A stretch of 63,263 nt of DNA, the filler included, from Craspedostauros australis (lineage: Eukaryota): NCBI GenBank assembly GCA_030167865.1. It is 4 parts of 4 records of this genome, joined end to end, with 100 filler letters (N's around TTAATTAATTAA, not from the genome) between each part and the next. Parts side by side here need not be neighbours in the genome. Positions count along the whole stretch, not along the records: positions 17,263 to 36,905 come from JALAGF010006160.1; positions 37,006 to 57,848 come from JALAGF010006162.1; 2 more parts are not named here. One strand, given 5' to 3'. Positions 33,706-45,613 of this stretch are shown piece by piece. The notes under the pieces are model-generated. The model saw only the letters and a program-made list of their open reading frames with translations. It was not told the origin of the DNA and searched no databases. Numbering within the stretch: position 1 is the first letter of the stretch; the number at the start of each line of letters is the position of its first letter. Made by a program: the position numbers and the translations under genes.

Positions 33706-36116
33706 CCCTTCGTGACCTAGGGGATTGCTTCGATCCAATATAAATTTCATTCTCACCCCATTCCGTTTTTGACTGCAACTTTTACATGTACCCCTCCACT
33801 TTTCTTGTACCAACGGAATTCCTGGGAGTTTGCGCTTCTTTCGATCTTCCTGAATCAGAAGTCTTCTTACTGCGGTTGGGTCGCCATCGGCCTCCGAAGT
33901 ACTCGTGAATCGTTTTTTCGGCGACGGGACTGATGGGAAAACTCATCAGCGAGGCCATCATCGCTGATTTTCGCGACACATCAATGATTTTTCCGGTGCT
34001 CACATCTCTCACGTCTCTCAACTCGATCGCCGTTTTTGCATGCATCACTTGGCATGCGTGTTTATACAGCTCCATGGATGCCTCCCAGCACATGGCTTCG
34101 CTGGTGATCTCCGTGGCCCATTGCTCATGGACCATTCTTCGTTGTGCTCAATCTCCTTGATTGTTTCTTCTCACCGTCGAAGAGATCGTCACGATTGTTG
34201 ATCACAAAATTGAAATCACAATTCCAACGATGCCACATCAACGATCGCCCATCACAACACAAGCACAGCAGATCTCGTCCACCCGCGGCCATGCCCACAT
34301 CATCTCTGTCCTCTCCCACATCCAAGCGTGTCAAAGCATCCAAGCCTCCCCCAATTGGCGCGGCAAGCTACAATTGTGCCAAACCCTTTGTGGTATTCCT
34401 CAATGGCAATCGGAAAGAATTGCTTCATGCTACTAATGGAGTGACAGGAGACCGCTCTGCAGGAGCACCAACTGTGAGCAACAAGGGAGTATGCAATGGC
34501 AACAGTGCCTGCATCAGCGTGACTGGTACCACCACCATCAGCAGCACCGCAAGCAGAATCAAAAGCAACAAGCGCAGCAGTCGCATCCTCAACCGCCTCA
34601 AACGCAAACTTGTGTTGAGGCAAAAAAGCCATCATGAGAGAAGCGGCACAATTGCAGCCAATGACACCAATGATGGCACAGCCAGCCACGATGGCACGCC
34701 CAGCCACAATGGCACACCAAGCCACGATGGCACACCAAGCAACAATGGCACACCCAGCAATGATGGATCAATGGGTGCAGATCACACCACTCTCATTGGT
34801 GCTGCCATGGCTACTGACAGAGCAACTGCTACAGATGGCACAATCGTGGACAACAATGAAATTGCAAATAACAATGCAACTGGTGCGGATGGCACAGCCA
34901 TTCCTGTGCATGGAGCCAACAAAAATGTTGTCTATGCGCCACTCCCCATCAGTTCCCACATGCCACTCTTCCGGTCAGTTGGAGGTGTCAACGCATCAGT
35001 TGATACCCTCCTGGAGGTTTGCTTCTTGCAGCAACTCATCAAGTCCATGCAAGTCCACACCAACAACCATATCTTCAACAGTGGATCCACAGCCAGCTTT
35101 GTTACAGTGAAGGAGATCTACCTCTTCCTTGCAATCTACTACTACATGGGAGTCTTCAAGGCACCGGCCAAGCAGGATTATTGGCGCGCCCCTTCCATTG
35201 GCATACCATCCCACTTGCTGACAACGTACATGACACGGGCAAGATACGAAGTTGTGTGGAACCACATTCACTTCACAGCTGTGAGGGGCACAATTGCTGC
35301 TGACACGAAGAAAGCCACTGACTCAGATGACAAGGATGTCAGCGACAGCAAAGACAATCTTGTCCAGAGCCAATACGATTCTCTCACAAGTGCAACCACC
35401 AGCAGCTCGCCCTCAATTTGATCTGCAACTTCGAGCCTCTCTGCATCCACAGCCACCAACCAAACCCTGTACACACAGCCCCACATTCTTCCTACACCGA
35501 TCGTTGACAGCAACAGAAGCTGGTATCACAAGATCCAACCACTGCTTGACCATGTCAATCAGGTGTCGAAGAGTATCTGCATCAAGCCAGGCTTTGCCTG
35601 TGCAATCGATGAGATGATGGTGAGATTCAAGGGCAGGTCCAGGCAGACCACTCGGATGAAGCAGAAACCCATCAAAGAGGGGTACAAATTCTATGCTCTG
35701 CGCTGCTCGAAGACTGGATTTGGATATCATGTACTGCCTGCAGGACGTCTGGACACCACAACAAAGATCAACAACACCGTGGAGGAACTCATGAAGACAT
35801 TGGACCCAACAAATCATCATGTTGTTGCAATGGACAATCTCTTCACAACCAAGACAGTCATGGCAAAGTCAAGAGAGATGGGCATCGGAGTTGTTGGCAC
35901 TGCAAGGAGGAGGAATGGATTCCCCAGCACAGAGGTGAAGGAGGTTGAGGACATGTGCTTCAACTCACTCTATGTCTGGATTAAGAACAATCAGTACGTG
36001 GTGGCCAGGTGGATTGACAACATTGTGGTGTTGATGGTCAGTACGGTGCACCATGGGAACGAGTCAGCCCTTTGCAATCGCCACAAGCCAAGAAAGAACA
36101 AGGCGAATGCAGGGCA
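33706..36116 (+). mobile_element. piggyBac-type DNA transposon: left end plus transposase (DDE_Tnp_1_7-like), inactivated
   Basis: Begins CCCTTCGTGACC. Transposase motifs EIYLFLAIYYYMG, QDYW, MTRARYE, WYHKIQPL, AIDEMMVRFKGR, KPIKEGYK, VAMDNLFT, GTARRR and WIDN. In-frame TGA at 35419; interrupted by an LTR at 36117. Confidence 0.9.
34672..34766 (+). repeat. 18-bp tandem repeat (about 5 copies) encoding (D/N)GTPS(H/N) in the transposase N-terminus
   Basis: gatggcacagccagccac / gatggcacgcccagccac / aatggcacaccaagccac and further copies. Confidence 0.9.
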
Positions 36117-36905
36117 TGTTGGCAAGTTCCGCTCACGGTAACCTACGATCGTGGAAGATGGTGTTGGTTGATAGTCGTTCGTTTGCTATTTCATTACTTG
36201 GCTACTCCGATCCTTTCGGTGTACGCCCGTTCTCTTGCCCGATGCTCTTGGCACTTCAATCTGTTTTGTAGATTTGGTCTCTGACTATGAGTCGGTATGC
36301 GAGACTCTCTCTCTCTCGCTCCTCTCTGTATTCTCTCTCAACATCGTGTGCTCGTGCTACACGATACTCCGTGTTCGATGCGTACTCTGCATTCAACACT
36401 CCGTTCGTTCAGTACTGGCTCCTACTCCATGAGCACTTACCATTTGAAGTTCACCTTCTGTATCCGTGATGCTGATGCCCTTCGGTCATCGGATCTTCGC
36501 CTCCTGCTCTGACTTGGAGACAGATGTCAACGTGGTGACATGTTGACATCCTGTTGACGTCAGTAGGCGTCCTTCTGCTCTCCAGATGTCATGTTCCATT
36601 GGTGATGCAGCAGCCTGTCAGATGATATCGTCATCTGAGGTTTAGTTGGGAAGTACCTCGAGATTCTCTTGGTACCATTGATGGATGGACGGACGATATT
36701 TCTAATTCTCTCAGAAATCGTCGATTGCAAATTTCCTCCAGAGATTCTGCTCATTTTCGTGTGTTCCATTTCTGCTGTAATTCTGACGAATCACAGCATA
36801 CTATCGACACGAGTGTAGTTGTACCGTCCAAGTGCGTATGAGAGAATAACGGGTGAACGATGCACATATATACGTACATCTTGACATATACTCACATGTA
36901 CATCT
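36117..36905 (+). mobile_element. LTR of family A inserted into the piggyBac transposase
   Basis: Starts TGTTGGCAAGTTCCGC as at 17645 and runs to the contig end a few bases short of the terminus. Confidence 0.85.
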
Positions 36906-37005
36906 NNNNNNNNNNNNNNNNNNNNNNNNNNNNNNNNNNNNNNNNNNNNTTAATTAATTAANNNNNNNNNNNNNNNNNNNNNNNNNNNNNNNNNNNNNNN
37001 NNNNN
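36906..37005. other. Artificial contig spacer
   Basis: 44 N + TTAATTAATTAA + 44 N. Confidence 0.95.
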
Positions 37006-39450
37006 ACAGCGTTGCGTTCCCAATCCACCATCTCGACGGACAGCGACTTGCCTTGCTTCAGAATTCGGCACTGGCAACATCGTCGCATGTTCAATCAACC
37101 GCGACCACTGAGACATTCCCTCCCATCCAACCCGCAACCACCATGCGGTCCGAATCGTCCACCGCCACTTTTCACGATGCAGCAGCACAGCAATCATCTA
37201 GAGTTGTCATCCAAGACGACATCCCGATCACAGCTCCCACCACAACTACGCAGCTGTGCTTCCGCGATGCTGTCGTCACCATCCCACCACCACCATCTGT
37301 CAACGCGGCAGAGATCTTGCGCGCGCAGTATGAGGCATCGGATCAGGTGGCTATGGCATGGGCGACGGCCAGCAACATGTCATCATTTGCAACAAGCACA
37401 TAGTAGTCGTCACAAACCAGCAGTGCACACGAGCAAGGACAACAGCAACAAAATCTCCGTCTTGATCATGTTCCTGCTACCATCTTGACTGTGCCAACTG
37501 CGGCCACAATGCCGAGCATCGTATCGACTGTCAAAACCATCGAGTCTGCTGCAACGGCAGATTCTTCAATGGACCTGGAGACCATGAGTCAAGCTTTGCC
37601 TTCGTCAACACCATCAGACGCCAAGATGTCTTCCCTCACCATGGAAGAACATGATGCGCCAACGGGGCATCCAAGACGCCCACAGCCAAGAAGAGCCCAC
37701 CAAAACCTGTCCTGTTGCGCCTGGCATCAAGAAACAATTACGACAGTGAGGGTGTGGAAGTCAGCGAAAGTCCGTAGAATATGCTGCAACAGCAACAGCA
37801 GGGTTCGTTACAGGGAATGGCAGATGCGACAGCACATGGCCGCGATGCCGATGGTCGAAATCAGCAGCAGGAACCGGCAGTGCTGGATTACACTGATGTG
37901 GATCACAGCGCCGCCGTCGAGAATGCTGGGACAAACGACAGGGGCTATCATCACTGGCAGCAACAGCTGCAACAACGGGCGCAGCAACAACCTTCGCAGA
38001 GCATCATCTGGTTCTCTCGACTGTTGAGCCATGGAAACACACCGATGGATCAGAGCCATGGCAACCATTACCTGTCAACCTCATTTGATGAATCGTCGTA
38101 CTACCACTGCAAGGAAGGTTTCCAGAACCAGGGCGCTTTGTTCAACCAAGATGTGCATGATGACATCTTTCGCATTCGTCGTGCCGTGTCGCGCAGACAA
38201 TGAACAGTCATTCATGCCAGGGATCATTGCCACAATGTCTGCACCCAATCTGGAAATGACGGAATATTCCTCACATGATCCCTTGGACGCCTCCACTGTT
38301 GGCACACCGCGTGATCAGGAAACCCTCAGCCACTTTAATACGCAGCATGCCTGCCGCATGCGCGCTAACNACGGCCGCGACAACGGCGATGCTGATGACG
38401 ACGACGATGACAACTACCAGGACGCTTCAGATATGTCATGTGTGCCAGACAATGAACGGTTGGACAGCTGGAACATCATGAAGGACGATTATGTGGACGG
38501 TTATGGAGGTGGTGGCATGTTGGGATTTTCCATCCTTGGCACATTGGCGGACGATATGGCGGTATCGCTTCATGTCCTGAGCCCTCCGTTGATGGAATCG
38601 CTTCAAGGATTCTTCCCATTTTCCCAAAACAAGAAAACTTCTATCTGAAGTAATCCCTCGTCCGCAATGGTGCATCCCTTGGGTCCTTCCTTCAGCAAGC
38701 AAGAAGAGCTCAGTACACAATGCTGGCGCTGGAGACGATGGATGGCTAAGTGTTCAGCGCCTTCACCGGCCAGGCATGGCGCAAGACACGGAAGTACTTT
38801 GGCATGGGCGAATGCTTCCTGTGGCGGATGTGCAATCACCGCTTGGCACCGAAGAGTTGATCCGTTCTGGAGTAGGCGCAGCTGGAAAGCAAGATCGATG
38901 TCTTCCCGTGTGCCGGTGCCAACGACTACATCCAGCTCTGCACGAACGATTGACTTGCGGTTGGATGGGGCACCCCTGCCGATAGCACCGGCCCCATGCC
39001 AATTCCCACCGTTCCATCCTCCTCCTCTTCTCACAACTTCTACGACGATGACGATGGCGGACAAGAAGCAGGCGAAAAGAAAGAGGAATATCCACGCACG
39101 GCCACCAACTACACATCAATTCACCTGGACACCATTGGTAATCCAGCGACATGAGGCAGCGGCCTCAATGCCAACACCAGCAACAACAACAGTGATGGCG
39201 CACACCAACAACGGCAACAGCCGAACTGGGGATTTGGTTTAGTTGTCGAAGGAGATGGTATGCTCCATGAAACCACGCGTCCGTGTCTGACATTCAACAG
39301 CCCGTTGCTGTCGAAGATGCACAACAACAGAACCAAGTTCGAAATCGTCAATCTCAAACTCTGGACGTTAAAGCCGGGTGCTACAGAAGCAGAGGCTGAC
39401 AAACTGGAGCTCTCGTGATTGTTTCTGGAACGCCACACGGCATGGCCATA
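37006..39450 (+). pseudogene. TLDc-domain (OXR1/NCOA7-like) gene, multiply frameshifted
   Basis: Fragments in changing frames: DSWNIMKDDY, HVLSPPLMESLQ, GECFLWRM, ANDYIQLCT, WGFGLVV, PCLTFNSPLLSKMH and FEIVNLKLWTL. The 5' boundary is uncertain. Confidence 0.8.
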
Positions 39451-39629
39451 GGCACAAGCTACTCCAAGCAATGCGGAGTACGCTGCATCTAAAGTACTGG
39501 TGCACTGTTTCAGAGGTCTGACAGGATCACCGATCCGGATAGTGCCCTACAGGGGCAGTTATGGGCGACTTGAAAACCAGTGTAGAGGATTCATCATTGA
39601 GACTGGTAATACATTACCAAGCTATTCTG

Positions 39630-40385
39630 CGCGCTTGCACAGTGCCTGCAATACCAATCACTCAGATTCATAGCATACTTCCCACTCAGGAGGACAAGTA
39701 CTAAGTTTCTTGTNGTTGTACTCGTCGTCGTACTCGTCGTCGTACTCATCATCACGCTCCTCCTCCGCAACAGCGATGCTCCGGCCGTTCCTGTGATGGA
39801 TGTGATGCTCACTTTTTCGTGCCAACTCCCTCGTGTTTTGAGGACGAAGATGGGAAACATCATACCTGTATAATACGAGTATGAGCAAGACCCTGGGCAC
39901 AGAATCCCACAAGGGGGATGGATTGGACGGACGTACTACTGCACCTCGCTCACTCGGCACGCCGATAGCATTCTCGAGCGCTNNNNNNNNNNNNNNNNNN
40001 NNNNNNNNNNNNNNNNNNNNNNNNNNNNNNNNCGCGCTTGCACAGTGCCTGCAATACCAATCACTCAGATTCATAGCATACTTCCCACTCAGGAGGACAA
40101 GTACTAAGTTTCTTGTAGTTGTACTCGTCGTCGTACTCGTCGTCGTACTCATCATCACGCTCCTCCTCCGCAACAGCGATGCTCCGGCCGTTCCTGTGAT
40201 GGATGTGATGCTCACTTTTTCGTGCCAACTCCCTCGTGTTTTGAGGACGAAGATGGGAAACATCATACCTGTATAATACGAGTATGAGCAAGACCCTGGG
40301 CACAGAATCCCACAAGGGGGATGGATTGGACGGACGTACTACTGCACCTCGCTCACTCGGCACGCCGATAGCATTCTCGAGCGCT
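39630..40385. repeat. 353-bp direct duplication on either side of an N gap (39630-39982 and 40033-40385)
   Basis: The copies look identical apart from one N and both abut the gap; probably an unmerged overlap. Confidence 0.85.
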
Positions 40386-42129
40386 GTCGTCACACCATTC
40401 GTTATTGCGTTCAGGTCCGTGCAAGTGAGACGCACTGAAACGGAGCCTCGAAGCGCTTTGTTGGCATTGATTAGGTTGCAGACGTAACGTCTGGCCACAT
40501 GTCCGGCTGACGTCCGCATCCAAACAAGTGATTTGATTGGCTATTACACGTTGGCAGCATTGTCCGATTGACATTGCTGACGTCACTGTGCGATGAACTC
40601 GACAAATTCAAACCGAGACATTGAATGCAAGCGTTATATTCGAAATAGATAGATACATCCGGCGACGCAGAGACATGTCAAAACCGGTATCAGACCGTAA
40701 CCAAGCGAAACATTCAAACTGAACGAAATTCGAATCCTCACAAACAGCGCGCTTGTGGCAACCTTGGATATGGAATACTAGAGGTTATCCCAAATACCAT
40801 GAGCTGCTCCAACTCCAACACCAAGGGAGTATTAAAGAACTTCAGGGTTGAAGTAATTTATGGCATCAAATAAGACAGGAACATGCCGAAAGTGGATAAA
40901 TTGTCGCGGTCCGGCATTGATACGGTTTGCAGGTTCGACCACAGGCAGGTGAGGGTCAGAGACAGGGGACCTTTGTTTGAGTGAGGACGATTAACCGCAG
41001 GGATCAAGGTTGGTGAATGGCATCCCAAGGGGTGTGTTGCATCCACTTCACTGCTGCAACAGGCCGCAGGGCCACTGACGCGAGTTTGCCCAGTGAAGCT
41101 GAAGGCATCATCCCACCGAATCGTTGGAAGTTCAAAGATGACCCAAGGACGTTCTGAAAGCCGGCAAGGCGAATGACAAAAGTGTAGCTTCAGGTTTTGC
41201 AATTGTAGATGTGCGGACGAGATTCCCAAACACACCCCAATGACATCAATTCAACTATTAGCTTCAGGCTTGTCTATTTCNNNNNNNNNNNNNNNNNNNN
41301 NNNNNNNNNNNCCCATATCGGGAAGCAAAATGGGTGTAAAAGTGCCGTCTGTCATGCGGTACGTCAATAGTCTTGGTATAGTCCAAAATTAAAAACTTAA
41401 ATATCTACTCTAATAATGCTCGTAGGGGGGGCAATATTTCACACAGTAGCCCTCCACCTATAGGTCTATCTGTGTGCAAAGTTTCAGATAGGTCATAAAA
41501 GTCATTACGGCTCAGATGCACGCTTCCTAGAGTAACCGGGTCATAGATGAGTGCATTTTATGTGACACATGCATGGAGGTGCATGAGTTCTGTGTATAGC
41601 ATACCCACATGTGTTCTATTACATGAGATGAGCACACACAGACATAGCACGCACAGATATTATAGTTTTTACGGGTAGATTCGAACAGAGTGGAGAGAGA
41701 GGTTGTGGCCGAAACGCGCGAGAAGAGAACTGCAATCTCTGCGTTGGTGTGGCCCTGATTGATGATGTCAAGCTGTCACGAATGAGAACCACCAATTTCA
41801 CGCCTCCACGGTTCGGTTTCACCTTTCCACGTTTTGTCGCAGCAACAGGCACAGGCACAGAAATAGGAACAGCACCAAGGAGGCGGAACCGCCCCCCTCC
41901 GCCTTCTCTCGTCTCACGTCTCTTCTCGTTCATGGGTCTTGCCAAAGTATGGCTCCGACAATGCATCGATGGTGGGCCGTTGCGCACTTTCATTACGGAC
42001 ATGGAGTAGAGCAGCATACTACTGCTACTATTGATTACAGTCACAACAGCAACAGCAGAGGAGCCAACGGCCGCAGAGAAGGAGATGATAGGACGAGAAA
42101 CGAGAGGAAGAGAAAGAGCACATCACATA

Positions 42130-43376
42130 ATGGAGGTTCCAATGGAGTTGAAGCCTGATCGGTTCGGGCAAGTGCATCCCATCGAATCGCCCAAACTCAT
42201 TGCTGCCAAGCTGGCCGAGTTCGACGAGGAGCTGGACCGTCTTCCGGCCGATCAAAAGACTTACTACATGCTCGCATGTGAGAGATCCCCAGAGCTGGTC
42301 TCATCGAAGGACAAGCTCATGTTCCTTCGATGCAAGGTCTTCGATGTCAAGGTGAGTCTTCTAGCTGCAGCTTCCAGCGCCGTTGCAGTGACCGCCCTTC
42401 CCATCAGGGCCATTTATTTGAGGACATCGGTTGATGAAGCGTCTATGGCGCATAAAGACACATCGATCTTCGGCGACATTAGATCCCATGAAGGTCAACG
42501 GTTACTCTGCGGAACCATCGTTAGTGATGCCCCAAGGCCTTTCGATGTGGCATCGAGAGTGATCATGCAAACATAGCATACCATTCTGCTCTCAATGTAT
42601 CGCTCACAAAGCCTCTTGGCGTCCATTTTGTGTTGCTTCGAACATGCCTGCCTGCACCCTCTGACATTGCACTTCCAAAATCATCATCTGCGCAAACTTG
42701 AAACTCCAAAATCTGCCCTCATCAGAGTGCGGTGCTCCGAATCGTCGCGTACTGGGAGCATCGATTCACAGTATTCGGTCCAGAGAAGGCATTCCTACCG
42801 ATGACCTTGGATGGCGCGTTGAGGGATGATCACGATGTGTTGGAGGTAGGCATGATGAGGTGCATCTCGCGCGATGCAAGCAGTTCGACGTCTGAGGACC
42901 GCCGAGCCATACTTTATGCCGACCCCTCACGGTTGGATCCGACCAGGTTCACCAAGGAAGCCTTGCTTCGCAGCATTTGGTACAGCTCACAAGCGCTTCT
43001 TGAGGATGAAGAGGCGCAAAAGAAAGGCATCGTCTTCATCTCGAACCCAAGGCACGTCAAGCTTTGGCAGATTGACATTGCCAGAATAAGATTCATCTTC
43101 GGCAGTTTCCGCAACTTCCTTCCCATCCGCATCTCGGCGGTGCACATTTGCAACCCTCCGTTGTTTTCGAACATTGTGATTCACATCATTCGATGGTATT
43201 TCGGAACAACCTTGCGGAAACGTCTCTGTTTGCACACCGGCAGTACGAACACCATCATGCACCGGTTGGAGAATGACCATGGATTGGATCGATCCATGCT
43301 CCCCAGCGATCTGGATGGGAACCTGATTCTCGATCATGTTGGTTGGCTGCGAGATCGCCGCCAGCGGAATCTGTGA
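42130..43376 (+). CDS. CRAL-TRIO (Sec14-like) lipid-binding protein; join(42130..42351,42726..43376)
   Basis: LMFLRCKVFDV, RIVAYWEHR, AQKKGIVFI, LPIRISAVHICNPP and LPSDLDG. Phase-0 GTGAGT...CAG intron. Confidence 0.88.
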
Positions 43377-44428
43377 CGACGGCGCCAGCGTTTGTGCTGC
43401 TGTTTCCGAATACAAGCTGGCCTTGGAGGCTGGTGTGCAGCTGTGAGTTGATGTGTATGGTGAAAACATCGAGGCAAGGATGGATAGAATACGAGTAGAG
43501 TAGATTGCCTGGATAACAAGTATCCATTATTAAGTCGAAAGGAACAGCTGACAAAGATGCAGCAACGACAATGGGTGCTTTATCACAGTTGCAATGTGTT
43601 CTCAATTGGTGAGATAATGCATTCCATAGCATGCCGTGTTCTAGTGGTTGTGCTTGTGCTTGTGCTTGTATGATGAGTTCTAACGCAGTGGAGGATCTAT
43701 CCGTTGCTGCGGCAGCTTATGCTACTGTCCAGCACCATGGGACGAGTAGTACCGTTGTTGCTGGTGCCGTTGTCGTGCAATGTATTCGTTTCTCTGGATG
43801 GATCTCGATCTGTGTCGAAGTGTCTATTGATGTCGCTGCCTGTGTGCGTGTATGGTGTGGTACGCACTCGTTGGTCGAGGCGAAGCGAAGCAAGCCAAGC
43901 TCCTTTCGTTGTTTCTCTCTCTCTCTCTCTCTCGCTCTAGTGATGGTGTTGTTGCTGCGGTTGTCAATGACGACGTGGTCGGCTGCTTACGGGAATCGGT
44001 GACTCTGGCTTCGACTGTCGTTGGTCCAGCCTGGAGCCGTCGGTTTTCCCGAGCGCCAAGACGGAGAAGGGGGAGGTGCGAAGAAGGTATAAGCTCATTC
44101 GTCGTCCCCCCTACTCCGTTGTGGTTTTCGTTATTGGTGGTGATGTTGTATTTGTGGTGTCGTCGTCTCACTGAATCAACGATTTTCAGTTCTCTTCATG
44201 TGTGTGGTGTTGCGTTGTGTTGCGTTGCGTTGTGTCGAGCGTGCCTGGACGAATGCAGTGCTGTGGTATGATGTAACATGATGTGGTAAAGTCTGCATGT
44301 CCATTCATTGTGTTGCTGTTGACCCTTCTGATCGCTTTTTGCTTGTGCTTTGGTTACGTCGTGGTTGTGGCTTCCTGGTGTACTCGTAGAGCAGCAGATT
44401 GCATACGCAGACTGTACTCCCGTATCAT

Positions 44429-45613
44429 CTAACAAAAGGTTGCTGTGTGGTGGATGTTGGACTGGAAGGCATGGCGTTGGAAGTTCTTCTTCTCGAACTT
44501 CCTCTGTTCGCGCTTCTCGCCGTGCTTGCAGATATTCTTGGTCATCCATCCGCCTGTGGCTCCTCCAGTGAGCACGCCAAGCGGGCCAAGCACGAGAGCG
44601 CCCACTACGGCTCCGCTGACCGCGCCACCTGCGGTGCGCACCCTGCGCTGTTTGCGGATGTTGGTTTTCGTGTCGAAGACGTCGTCGGACATCCGATTTG
44701 GGTCGGGCTTGTGCACAGTCTTGATGCGCAAGCAGTCGGGCGTCCAACCCTCGAAAGTAGCACTTCCTCGAGAGGGTCGCACCAGTGCGGACGACACTTG
44801 GTGGGACTTGGTGTTCTTGATCTTGCCGCTCTTGGATAGCGGCATGTGCTGTTGAGCGTAGGTGTACGTGAACTCGCCAGTCGTCATCAGCGACAAGCCT
44901 GACTTTTGAGATGCCTGTTTCAATATGGCGTTGATGTTGCCACGATCGGCGCCTTTGCTGCTGCTGAAGTTCCTGCCCTGGTTTTCTTTGTCGTCATTGG
45001 GGGCGTGGCTTTGATGATAGTGAAAGTGATTGACGACTTGCACCGGCTGCTGTTGTCCAAGCCCAAGCTTGTGCCTTTGACCTTGGGCCTGGATGATGTT
45101 GTTGTTGTTGGTGGTGGTGGTGGTGGTGCCAGGTTTGTTCGTCTTCGTGATTGTTTGGCGCACGCTGTTTGTGTAAACGTACCATCCTTGACGATCCTGC
45201 TGTGCCTGTTGGCGGTGTTGATGTTGCTGCAGCTGCAGCTGATGCTGATGCAGTTGATGATGATGCTGACGATGGCTGTACTGCTGGGTTGATTGCCAGG
45301 CGTAGGTGTCATTTCTACCTGGATGGCTCATCGCATTGCCCTGCACTTGTCTTGGGGCCACCTCCGGGATGAAGTCAAACGTCACCGGAGGGCCGCTGTT
45401 GATGGGGCTCTGGTCGCGGGACAGCGACGAGATGACCGATTGATGAGATGGAGTTGGCAATGTGACGATGGCCTCTGATCCTCTCGAGGCCGTGTTGACG
45501 TTGGTGCATTGCACAAACGACTCCAACGAGAGGATGGTCGTGGCAGTGGTGGCTGTTGTTCCATTCCTCGACACTTCATCCTTCGATGTCTGCACGTGAA
45601 AGTGATTCGTCAT
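44429..45613 (-). CDS. Hypothetical Q/H/T-rich protein with a C-terminal glycine zipper
   Basis: 394-aa ORF; AGGAVSGAVVGALVLGPLGVLTGGATGG. Confidence 0.65.
   Translation of the reverse strand: MTNHFHVQTSKDEVSRNGTTATTATTILSLESFVQCTNVNTASRGSEAIVTLPTPSHQSVISSLSRDQSPINSGPPVTFDFIPEVAPRQVQGNAMSHPGRNDTYAWQSTQQYSHRQHHHQLHQHQLQLQQHQHRQQAQQDRQGWYVYTNSVRQTITKTNKPGTTTTTTNNNNIIQAQGQRHKLGLGQQQPVQVVNHFHYHQSHAPNDDKENQGRNFSSSKGADRGNINAILKQASQKSGLSLMTTGEFTYTYAQQHMPLSKSGKIKNTKSHQVSSALVRPSRGSATFEGWTPDCLRIKTVHKPDPNRMSDDVFDTKTNIRKQRRVRTAGGAVSGAVVGALVLGPLGVLTGGATGGWMTKNICKHGEKREQRKFEKKNFQRHAFQSNIHHTATFC

Noticed and set aside
39594..40519. Tandem duplicated ORFs as a gene pair
   Set aside because: The identical copies abut a gap, which suggests an unmerged overlap, and the peptides are not protein-like.
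41312..41545. Possible DNA-transposon end
   Set aside because: AT-rich and repeat-like, but no partner terminus or TSD is visible next to the gap.
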